Shown here: in pieces, positions 15,010 to 23,550 of the stretch
Numbering within the stretch: position 1 is the stretch's first letter
Layout of the letters: every line of letters starts with the position of its first letter
From: Psychrobacter sp. DM4
Lineage (GTDB): Bacteria; Pseudomonadota; Gammaproteobacteria; Pseudomonadales; Moraxellaceae
Assembly: GCF_051307035.1 (NCBI RefSeq)
Contig: NZ_CP195536.1
Span: 1,770,001 to 1,802,000, forward strand
Length of the DNA stretch: 32,000 nucleotides
Reading direction: 5' to 3'
Program-made: the position numbers and the translations under genes
Notes under the pieces: model-generated
The model's database searches: none
Told to the model about the DNA's origin: nothing
Seen by the model: the letters and a program-made list of their open reading frames with translations, nothing else

Positions 15010-18000
15010 ATGCGTCAAGCTGTATTTTCGACTCGTAACCCTCGCTACCGTACAGGCGCGTTGACTGCGCTGACTACGTTGGCAGCGTCGATGCTACTTA
15101 TGCAAGCAAATATCGCTCATGCTGAAGATGGCAAGGGTGTCACCACGATCAACAACATCGCGCAAACCAGCTACACAGTTGGCAACAGCAATCAGACGAG
15201 CACGTCTAACCAAGTTAGCTTTAAATCATTAACCCTGCCTCAATATGAGGTTAGCCTTACTCAGCCTGATCTACAAACTATCAGTGCGGGTGATACTGTT
15301 CAGTGGGTCAATGTACTATCGAATAATGGCACCTTTGATGAAACCGTTACTCTAAGCTTTGACTATCCAAGTACGCTATCTAACTTTGCGGTATACCAAG
15401 ACCTTAACGAAAACGGCATCATCGATGATAGTGATAGACAAGTTATACTCGATGGTTTGAGCGCTCAAATTGCCTTGGGTCAAGCCGAAAGTATCCAGTT
15501 TATCGTTCAAGCTTTGAGTGATCGTAACGCTGCTAGTGGCGATACTGCTGAGATTAAGATTGGCGCTGTCGTTGTCGAAGATGATTCTGTAACAGCAGCA
15601 GCGACTGACCGCCTCATCATTGTCAAGCCGAGTATTGGCTTTACAGACGATAGGTTTGAAGGGCCAAAAGATACGACACAAATAAGCTCAAACGTATACG
15701 TAGAAGCCAATTACGCGCAGTGTAATGTGCAGCCCAACGCAAAAGACCAAGTATGGGTGACAATTACCTCAGAATTGACAGGTGACAAATACTCTCTAAA
15801 AGCAATAGAGACGGGCGACAACACGGGTAAATACCAAGTATCAGCGCCGACTCAAAATAATGCCAATAAGATCGATGACCAGATTATTCAGACTTTGAAA
15901 GGCGATTCGCTGACCGTCACACTTGATGCTTGTATTACACCTGATGGCGGTCGCGTTGATATCATAGACAATATCAGCAACAACATCGATATTGTTGATC
16001 AATCTGCGAGCCTACAAGTTCAAAAAGAAGGCGATATCAAATCAGCTGATCTTGGTGATTACGTCAACTACAGTATTAATGTCACTAATAATGGTGCTGC
16101 AACCGCGTTCGATGTTGAGCTAAAAGATGCGTTGCCACGTGGTTTCGACTATGTCAAAGGTAGCGCACGCGTCAACCAAGGGGCTAATAGCGCAGATAGC
16201 GATATTGATATCAGTCAAGCTCAAACTACTGAGTTCAAGGTAGACGGCAAGTATCAAGTTCTAAACCTAGGTAACTTAGCTGCGGGTGAGACGAAGAGTG
16301 TCACTTATCGCGTTCTTATTGGCGCGTCAGCATTAGGTGGCGACGGTATTAACCGTGCTACCGCAGTCGCTCGTGATGATAATGACAATGTATTTGCATC
16401 CATGGAATCACAGTGGTCTGTTGATGTTAGCCGTGGTCTTATGAATACTGATGGTATTATCATTGGTAAAGTCTATCACGACATCAACCGAGACGGCATC
16501 CAGCAAAAAGAAGACGGCGAGCTTGGTGTCGCAGGTGTACGCATCTACATGGAGAACGGTAACTTTATCGTGACCGATCCTGAAGGTAAGTATAACTTTT
16601 ATGGTATCAGTGCCAAGACCCACGTATTAAAAGTCGATCGTACAACTATTCCTGTCGCAAGTGAGCTCATCACTCAAAGTAACCGCAACGCTGGAGATGC
16701 TGGTAGCCGCTTCGTTGATCTCAAATACGGCGAGTTACATCGCGCTGATTTCGCTATTGTTGGCGGTATGAGCGATAGCACTGAAACTCTTAACGCTGAG
16801 CTGGTTGCCCGTAGCAAAAGTATTAGCGCTAAGAACGATACCTTAGAGCAAGCGGTTAAAAGCAAGCTCGATTTAGAGCCTATCTATGATCGCGACTATG
16901 ATGACAACGTCGATGCTACTGGCTGCAAATCTAACGATGTACTCGATAAAGGTATCAAATGCGACTCTGCTATTGTCAACGAATTAGCGATACCTAGCGC
17001 TAATCGTATCAATATGGATGTCAAAAAAGTCGTCCAACCTAAAGAAAAAGTACTAGAAGAGTACCTAAAAGAAGTTGATAACAATAATGTTGCGTTTATT
17101 AATCTAAGTAGCGATCAACAGCTTGCTTCATATAAGCAGATGGTCCAAGTACAAGCGCCATTAGGTTCTAACTTTACCCTGTATGTGAATGGCAAAGCCG
17201 TATCAGCAGAACAGATCGGTAAAACGGCTGAACAAGAAAAACAAAACGTTACCGCGTTTGATTATTACGCTGTTGATTTACAGCGTGGTCGTAATACGCT
17301 CCGCGGCGTTGCCACTGATATCAATGGCAAGACGATTTCTGAGCAGTCCATCAATGTGACTACGCCTGATAGCTTGCAGGCGATCAACTACCGTACTCAG
17401 GATGGCTTAGTAGAAGCTGATGGCCTGAGCGAATATCAGATCGTCGTTAGTCTAAAAGATCGTGACAATCGTCCTTATGTTGCCTCAACACCGATCACTA
17501 TTGATACCAATATTGGTCGCATAAACTTACCTGATGGCAGTAAGGATAAAGCTGGTACGCAAGTGATGGTCAATGGTGGCGAGATACTAATTCCTGTCAT
17601 TGCACCAAGCGTACCTGGTAAAGGTCAGCTCGTTATCGACACTGGCAGCAGCAAACAAGTTATCGATTTACAGTTTACTCCTAAGCTGCGTCCGCTGATT
17701 GCGGTTGGTATCGTAGAAGGTGCAATATCACTCAAAGACTTCGATGGCGGCAGCATCACTGATGCTCAGGGCGCTTTTGAGCAAGAGCTAAATGAGATTG
17801 CAGGCGGTGACGATTACTCAGCGACTGGCCGTGCGGCGATGTTCCTCAAAGGTAAAGTTCGCGGTGATTATCTACTGACGCTCGCTTATGATAGCGACAA
17901 AAAAGGCGAGCGCTTGTTTCGTGATATCGAGCCTGGCGAGTACTACCCTGTCTATGGTGACTCATCGGCTAAAGGTTTTGACGCTCAATCAACGAGCAAA

Positions 18001-20313
18001 CTCTATGTGCGCCTAGATAAAGGTCGCTCATTCGCTATGTACGGTGATCTAAAAACTCAAGTCGATAACGATGATGGTATTAAGCTGGGTCAATACAATC
18101 GTACACTTACTGGTCTAAAAGCTCAGTATGAAGACACCAATACTCGTATCACTACGTTCCTTGCCGAAACCAGTTCATCACAGCGTGTGAATGAGACTCG
18201 TGGTCTTGGTATATCAGGCCCTTATCCTCTAGCTGAAGATTTCGACGCCGTATTAGAGAATTCTGAAATTGTTGAAGTCATCACTCGTGATGCCAATAAT
18301 CCTGGTCTCATTATACGCCGTGAAACGCTAAGTCGTTTCGCTGATTATGAGGTTGACCCTTTAAGCCGCAGTTTGTTCCTAAAAGCGCCTATTGCCAGTC
18401 AAGATCTAGATGGTAACCCTATCTACATCCGCGTGACAGTAGAAGTCGATGAGGGTGGCGAAGATTACTTTGTTGGCGGTATCGCAGCCAAGCAACAATT
18501 AAATAACAAGGTTTCTATTGGTGGTAGTTACGTCAATAGCGACGATCCACTCAATAAAGAAGAGCTTGCGAGCATTAACAGTGTTATCAAATTCAATGAC
18601 AAGCTAAAAATAGTCGCTGAATACGCGATGAGTAAAGCAGAAAACCCTAACTATCAAGCTAGCAATCAGATCAATACCCAAGAGCTAGATATACAAGATG
18701 CTGATGGTGATGCTCTGCGTATTGAGCTAAATTACGACGACAAGAAAAATACTCGTGCAAAAGCCTACTATAATGATGCTGACGAAGGTTTTGTCACTGG
18801 TGCATCCATTTTAACTGCTGGACGTACTGAATCTGGTGTTGAGATCAAACACCTTATCAATGATAAGAACACAGCGCTCAAATTTGAAGGCGTACGTACC
18901 AAAGACAATACGACTGATGCAACTCGTCAAGGTGTCGAAGCCAGTATCGAGCAGCGCTTGAGTCAGAACGTCGTTGGCGAGCTTGGTGTCCGTTATTATA
19001 AGCAAGATGCTACCGCTGCCTCACGCAACACTCAAGAAGCCACAGATGTTATTGATATCACTGATGATACGCTATTTGAAGACGATATTATCAATCAGTC
19101 AGCACTCAGTAGTGTGAGCGATGCTGACAAAGATATCGAAGGTACTACCGCACGCGCGCGTATTACCGCACGCCTGCCTAAGCTTAATAATAGCTTAGTG
19201 TTTGCAGAATACGAGCAAGATATTGAGAACAGCTCGCGTAACGCAACCTCCGTTGGTGGTGAGACGCCACTTGGCAATCTTGGTCGTCTATATGCTCGTC
19301 ATGACTTAATCAATAGTTTGTCAGGCAGTTATGGTCTCGATGATACCGATGAGCGTCAACGTACCGTCATCGGGTTCGATGCCAACTATATGAAAGACGG
19401 TAAAGTCTATAGCGAATACCGTATGCGTGATGCCATTAGTGCTCGTGAAGCAGAGGCCGCTATCGGTCTTAAGAACAAATGGTATGTGCAAGAAGGTCTG
19501 ACTCTCAATACCTTGTTTGAGCGCGTTGAGTCACTTGAAGGTGAAGAAAACAATACGGCGACCGCAGCGGGCATCGGTGTTGAATATTTAGCACAAGAGA
19601 ATTACAAAGCTTCAGGTCGTTTCGAGAAACGCTGGGGCGAGACTAGCGACACGTTGCTCGGCAGTGCTGGTATTGCTTATCGTTATACCGATGAAATTAC
19701 GTTACTTGCAAAAGACACTTACTCTCGTATCGATTATGACGATGGCGATCGTACTGTCAACCGCTTCCAGTTGGGCGCGGCGTATCGAGATCTAAATAGT
19801 AATCAGCTCGATATGCTAGCCAAGCTTGAGTATCGTTTAGATGACAATAATACGGGCGATGATACTTATCGCAGAGATACTACGATTTGGTCGTGGAATG
19901 GTAACTATCATCCGACTCGTCCTTTGACTTTATCTGGTCGTTACGCTGGTAAGTATACAGAATACGAAGCAGATAGCATCTCAAGTGATAACACAGCACA
20001 CGCCGTATACGGTCGTGGACTTTATGATCTTAGTGAGCGTTGGGACGTCGGTCTGCAAGCCGGTACTTACTGGAATGATCAAGCGGACGATCTGTCTTAT
20101 ATGCTAGGCGCTGAGGTCGGTTATAGTCCTATGACTAATCTATGGTTGTCTCTAGGGTATAACTTTATGGGCTTTGAAGATGATGATATTGCCTATGACG
20201 ATAGTACTCAACAGGGCGCATACTTTAGACTACGCTTCAAGTTTGATGAAGAATTATTCAAGCGTGATGATCCAAGCAAAAATAAACGTTTAGCAAGTAA
20301 CTCTACTTTATAA
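15010..20313 (+). CDS. Giant outer-membrane protein D: N-terminal Ig-like/DUF11/SdrD-B/Big_1-like region plus a very large predicted C-terminal beta-barrel
   Basis: 1767-aa ORF with AGGA upstream. Signal peptide ends ...MQANIAHA|EDGK. There is an N-terminal NIAQTSY...SNQVSFK hairpin. A canonical DUF11 motif is present (YVNYSINVTNNGAATAFDVELKDALPRGFDYV), as is an SdrD-B-like motif (GKVYHDINRDGIQQKEDGELGVAGVRIYMENGNFIVTDPEGKYNF) and a Big_1-like motif (VEADGLSEYQIVVSLKDRDNRPY). From about aa 880 (nt ~17650) the sequence shows alternating amphipathic strand/turn patterns. It ends ...LSLGYNFMGFEDDD...GAYFRLRFKF plus a 22-aa tail. Confidence 0.8.
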   Translation: MRQAVFSTRNPRYRTGALTALTTLAASMLLMQANIAHAEDGKGVTTINNIAQTSYTVGNSNQTSTSNQVSFKSLTLPQYEVSLTQPDLQTISAGDTVQWVNVLSNNGTFDETVTLSFDYPSTLSNFAVYQDLNENGIIDDSDRQVILDGLSAQIALGQAESIQFIVQALSDRNAASGDTAEIKIGAVVVEDDSVTAAATDRLIIVKPSIGFTDDRFEGPKDTTQISSNVYVEANYAQCNVQPNAKDQVWVTITSELTGDKYSLKAIETGDNTGKYQVSAPTQNNANKIDDQIIQTLKGDSLTVTLDACITPDGGRVDIIDNISNNIDIVDQSASLQVQKEGDIKSADLGDYVNYSINVTNNGAATAFDVELKDALPRGFDYVKGSARVNQGANSADSDIDISQAQTTEFKVDGKYQVLNLGNLAAGETKSVTYRVLIGASALGGDGINRATAVARDDNDNVFASMESQWSVDVSRGLMNTDGIIIGKVYHDINRDGIQQKEDGELGVAGVRIYMENGNFIVTDPEGKYNFYGISAKTHVLKVDRTTIPVASELITQSNRNAGDAGSRFVDLKYGELHRADFAIVGGMSDSTETLNAELVARSKSISAKNDTLEQAVKSKLDLEPIYDRDYDDNVDATGCKSNDVLDKGIKCDSAIVNELAIPSANRINMDVKKVVQPKEKVLEEYLKEVDNNNVAFINLSSDQQLASYKQMVQVQAPLGSNFTLYVNGKAVSAEQIGKTAEQEKQNVTAFDYYAVDLQRGRNTLRGVATDINGKTISEQSINVTTPDSLQAINYRTQDGLVEADGLSEYQIVVSLKDRDNRPYVASTPITIDTNIGRINLPDGSKDKAGTQVMVNGGEILIPVIAPSVPGKGQLVIDTGSSKQVIDLQFTPKLRPLIAVGIVEGAISLKDFDGGSITDAQGAFEQELNEIAGGDDYSATGRAAMFLKGKVRGDYLLTLAYDSDKKGERLFRDIEPGEYYPVYGDSSAKGFDAQSTSKLYVRLDKGRSFAMYGDLKTQVDNDDGIKLGQYNRTLTGLKAQYEDTNTRITTFLAETSSSQRVNETRGLGISGPYPLAEDFDAVLENSEIVEVITRDANNPGLIIRRETLSRFADYEVDPLSRSLFLKAPIASQDLDGNPIYIRVTVEVDEGGEDYFVGGIAAKQQLNNKVSIGGSYVNSDDPLNKEELASINSVIKFNDKLKIVAEYAMSKAENPNYQASNQINTQELDIQDADGDALRIELNYDDKKNTRAKAYYNDADEGFVTGASILTAGRTESGVEIKHLINDKNTALKFEGVRTKDNTTDATRQGVEASIEQRLSQNVVGELGVRYYKQDATAASRNTQEATDVIDITDDTLFEDDIINQSALSSVSDADKDIEGTTARARITARLPKLNNSLVFAEYEQDIENSSRNATSVGGETPLGNLGRLYARHDLINSLSGSYGLDDTDERQRTVIGFDANYMKDGKVYSEYRMRDAISAREAEAAIGLKNKWYVQEGLTLNTLFERVESLEGEENNTATAAGIGVEYLAQENYKASGRFEKRWGETSDTLLGSAGIAYRYTDEITLLAKDTYSRIDYDDGDRTVNRFQLGAAYRDLNSNQLDMLAKLEYRLDDNNTGDDTYRRDTTIWSWNGNYHPTRPLTLSGRYAGKYTEYEADSISSDNTAHAVYGRGLYDLSERWDVGLQAGTYWNDQADDLSYMLGAEVGYSPMTNLWLSLGYNFMGFEDDDIAYDDSTQQGAYFRLRFKFDEELFKRDDPSKNKRLASNSTL

Positions 20314-20449
20314 TAAGTAGAGTTATCTTATTTTAGGCCTTTGTTGATGTAGGCTTCAAACAATACAAGCTCTACTAATTCTAATGTATTGTAAGTAATC
20401 AAACAGTCGCGACTAACCCTTATTATTTTAATACAAGGTTTGTAATACG

Positions 20450-21409
20450 ATGAATGCTTCAGACCTCACGACCAAAATACTGACCTGCCAGCGTCGCCTG
20501 CCAGCCGCTCTATCAGCTATCCTACTGGCACTCATAACCTCTTCTGCGTCGGCAGATTTGGATGTTGATAATACAACTCGCATTACACCTGTCTCTGTAC
20601 AACCTATTGCTATTCAACCTAGCGTTGTTAAATCTAGTCCTATTCAATCGACCATTACTGACCTGACTATCATTGCTCCAGCTATGAATATCAGCACAAA
20701 TGCTATAACTCGCTGTGAAGATAATCGTCAGAATAAAACTTCTAAATACCAAACCAAGCAGCAGCGTGATATCGCTTGCATGATCGAGCAATTACAACCG
20801 TATCAGCAAGCAAATGTGACCGCCCGTCAGCAGTATCTAGCTTTTAAGGCACAAGCATGGCTTAACTACGCCAATAATAAATACAGTATGAATAGCCGTG
20901 CCTCTATTGCTGATTATGCTTTCGAGTCTGGCAAAGAGATTTTTTTGGCACTTAAAAACAATGATGAGCAAAACATTAATCTTGTAAGAGACATTCCGAC
21001 AACCTCTGATATGATGCGCCCTGACCTTTGGGCGATGCTAAGTGCACTTAAAACGGCGGGCGGTATCAATAGTGCGCCGCGTGAGCTGGCTTTTAGCGAA
21101 GTTTCTCTAATTTGGGCAGCAGCAGATCATTGTGCTAGAGGCTGGCGCGAGTCGAGTCCTCGTTTTAGAATGGGCGAGCGCTGGTTAGAACAAACCCGTG
21201 AAGCCTATGTCAATGCCAATAGCTCTACTGATAGCGCTGCGCTTATTGAGCAGATCAACAGCTACTATAAACAATATGAGCAACTAGACCCTAGAAATAA
21301 TATCTGTAATGGTCAAGTCATGCCTGTGGTCAACCAAACCCAGGCTAGTGCTACGTCTGTTTTTATTCCAATGCCTATGCCAACGGCTACTTATACCCTT
21401 TCCAACTAG
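20450..21409 (+). CDS. Secreted, predominantly helical protein E of unknown function
   Basis: 319-aa ORF with AAGG upstream. The N-terminus is ...CQRRLPAALSAILLALITSSASA|DLDV: a signal peptide containing a twin-arginine pair whose context is not a clean Tat motif. There are four Cys in the mature part and no recognisable catalytic motif. A bidirectional terminator follows the gene. Confidence 0.7.
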   Translation: MNASDLTTKILTCQRRLPAALSAILLALITSSASADLDVDNTTRITPVSVQPIAIQPSVVKSSPIQSTITDLTIIAPAMNISTNAITRCEDNRQNKTSKYQTKQQRDIACMIEQLQPYQQANVTARQQYLAFKAQAWLNYANNKYSMNSRASIADYAFESGKEIFLALKNNDEQNINLVRDIPTTSDMMRPDLWAMLSALKTAGGINSAPRELAFSEVSLIWAAADHCARGWRESSPRFRMGERWLEQTREAYVNANSSTDSAALIEQINSYYKQYEQLDPRNNICNGQVMPVVNQTQASATSVFIPMPMPTATYTLSN

Positions 21410-21430
21410 ATTGTCTTTCTATATTTAAAA

Positions 21431-21463
21431 AAAGCCGACATCATAATGATATCGGCTTTTTTT
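21431..21463. terminator. Bidirectional rho-independent terminator between gene E (+) and the TetR gene (-)
   Basis: GCCGACATC (21434-21442) pairs with GATATCGGC (21448-21456) with one mismatch. The stem is flanked by an A-run on the left and a T-run (21457-21463) on the right. Confidence 0.75.
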
Positions 21464-21529
21464 GCTTTCACTTTTAGTCAAAAATAAATGAGTTTAAAAA
21501 CTTCTAAACTCATTTTTCCAATCCATCAG

Positions 21530-22222
21530 TTAGTGTTTTTTTGCAGGTAACTTTTCTGGCAAATAACAGCGCAGATAAGCAATAAACGCCGTGTTGGCTT
21601 CTTGGATATACTCGTCAGTAATTGATTGATGGCGACGATATGACAAAGTAAAGATAGCATTGACGATGCTATAAGCTATTAGCAACGTATCTTGAATATC
21701 ATCAAAACTTGGCATCTCATAGCGCTCTGATAAGCGTTTGTATACCAGATTGACAATTTGATGATCGATATCTTCACCGAAACTATCGCCTTCAAAGTCA
21801 GGGGTATTGGTATCGTATATGAGCTTAGCTTTGGTTTGATCGTTGTGGAAGATCTGCACGCAGCGGTCGATAAGCGCGGTCAAGTAACCTTGCCATCTAT
21901 CATATCCGCCTGTTTCGACTGTTTCTAATATCTCTAACAGCTCAATCGCATTCAAAAACCGTAATGCTAAGAATATTGCTTCGATGTTAGGAAAAAAATG
22001 ATAGGCAGAAGCTCTTGGAATACCAGCCTCTTCACACACAGCCGCTAGAGTAATATCATTAATCGATTGAGTTTCGCTTAATTTTTTGGCACCTGCCAAT
22101 AATTTTTGACGGCGTACTCGGCCTTGCTGGCTCGTAAATTTAAATTTGTTCGGAACTAACATCTTTGCCAGTTCCGAATCTACTAATACGTCTTCTATCT
22201 TATCGTCTTTATACTCGCTCAT
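21530..22222 (-). CDS. TetR/AcrR family transcriptional regulator
   Basis: 230-aa ORF. The N-terminal HTH region ITLAAVCEEAGIPRASAYHFFPNIEAIFLAL is typical of TetR_N. An AAGAGG RBS is present. Confidence 0.88.
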   Translation of the reverse strand: MSEYKDDKIEDVLVDSELAKMLVPNKFKFTSQQGRVRRQKLLAGAKKLSETQSINDITLAAVCEEAGIPRASAYHFFPNIEAIFLALRFLNAIELLEILETVETGGYDRWQGYLTALIDRCVQIFHNDQTKAKLIYDTNTPDFEGDSFGEDIDHQIVNLVYKRLSERYEMPSFDDIQDTLLIAYSIVNAIFTLSYRRHQSITDEYIQEANTAFIAYLRCYLPEKLPAKKH

Positions 22223-22481
22223 TACAAACCTCTTAACGTTATGCCTTTTTGTTTTTGTCTACCTTCATTACCAGTTAGTGCTCAATCCAATACTAGAATC
22301 AGCGACTCTCATACAATAGTCTAAGCAATTTTTATGCCACTACGTTTATGTTACTCAAAATAATAGCGTCGTTAGACTGGGCTGTACGTTTAATAAATAG
22401 GCATTCATATATACTTGTACATTATCAAGCAAAGGACAGGATTAGGTCAAATAATAATGTATCGATTAACATCTAAAAAGG

Positions 22482-23510
22482 CTAATCGTTAAGCTTAATT
22501 TTCGCCCTGATTATACCATGATCAGTGACTCTATCGGCATAATCCCACTTCAGATGATCGTTAAAATAGTCTACTCGCTCAACGTGACCAAGGGCAAACT
22601 TGCTCTCTGGCAAAAACTCTTCTGAGACGAACAGTTGATCAATGACCTCTGGCATACCTTGGTAAATATGCGTGTAGGCGACATCCTTCATCCATCCAAA
22701 ACGAGCTTGAACACGAGCTGCATCGAATAACGACACATCACGCATACTTTTATCATAATTGACTTCCCCTGTCTCGGTCATCAACTGAGTAGTCACACTA
22801 CCCGTCACATCATTCATATCGCCAAGTAAGATAAGTGGTTCGCGGGTATGATGTAAACGCTCGATGATCGATAGCCTGATCGAGGCTGCTTCGGCTGCTC
22901 TCATACACAAACTGCGCAGTTTGGCACGAATACGTATGTTTGGATCATCCATATCCTCTATCAGTTTGCCATCCTCATCACGCAAGAAAAAAGCGCGCTT
23001 GCTCTTTAGGTGCGCAGTAATAATCGTGATCGGCTGATCAAAAGCGTTGACTCGTAGCAATAAAGGGGGACGATTGAAACGCTCATAAGGCCCTATGTCA
23101 GGAATATCTATGACTGCTTTGGGGGTAATTTGCTCAAGTAGGCTAGTCTCTAGCTGCTCAAATCGCGTAATAATACCCACCGCAGGCGTGTTTTTTGCAC
23201 CTAGCCCTCGCGTATGAGGACTGGCAATATCGTTGCTAGCTAATGGAATCACAGCATGCTCAGTCTCAAATCCTAACGAGACTGCCAAATCCTCAAGCGC
23301 TTCGCTGTCCCATACTTCTTGCACCGCAATGATATCAGCGTGTGATTTTGCCAATAGGTCTGTTAAGCCATTTAGTTTACGCGCGTAGTCATCTTTGCTA
23401 TAGGCCGGCGCATTATCATAGTAAATGCGATCTGGATTAGCAAAGTTCAGAAGATTAGCGGTCGCTATATAGAATGATTTGCGAGCGCTCTTGTTGTCAG
23501 AATAGGTCAT
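22482..23510 (-). CDS. Endonuclease/exonuclease/phosphatase (EEP) family protein
   Basis: 342-aa ORF with an AAGGA RBS. EEP motifs are present: DIIAVQEVWD, ITAHLKSK, LLGDMNDV, and C-terminal VTDHGIIRAKI. Confidence 0.8.
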   Translation of the reverse strand: MTYSDNKSARKSFYIATANLLNFANPDRIYYDNAPAYSKDDYARKLNGLTDLLAKSHADIIAVQEVWDSEALEDLAVSLGFETEHAVIPLASNDIASPHTRGLGAKNTPAVGIITRFEQLETSLLEQITPKAVIDIPDIGPYERFNRPPLLLRVNAFDQPITIITAHLKSKRAFFLRDEDGKLIEDMDDPNIRIRAKLRSLCMRAAEAASIRLSIIERLHHTREPLILLGDMNDVTGSVTTQLMTETGEVNYDKSMRDVSLFDAARVQARFGWMKDVAYTHIYQGMPEVIDQLFVSEEFLPESKFALGHVERVDYFNDHLKWDYADRVTDHGIIRAKIKLND

Positions 23511-23550
23511 AAAATCCTTTATATTATTTTATGCGTTTTAAGTAGTAGTT

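Noticed and set aside
4154-21529. The adhesin locus as a mobile genomic island.
   Set aside because: No integrase, transposase, tRNA gene, flanking direct repeats or terminal inverted repeats were seen. I could not compute compositional deviation, so horizontal origin remains open but unsupported.
22234-22393. The palindrome TAACGTTA (22234-22241) and direct repeats TACGTTTA (~22342 and ~22386) upstream of the TetR gene as its operator.
   Set aside because: An 8-bp palindrome and 8-mer repeats are expected by chance in ~260 bp of AT-rich DNA. There is no longer dyad symmetry typical of TetR operators.
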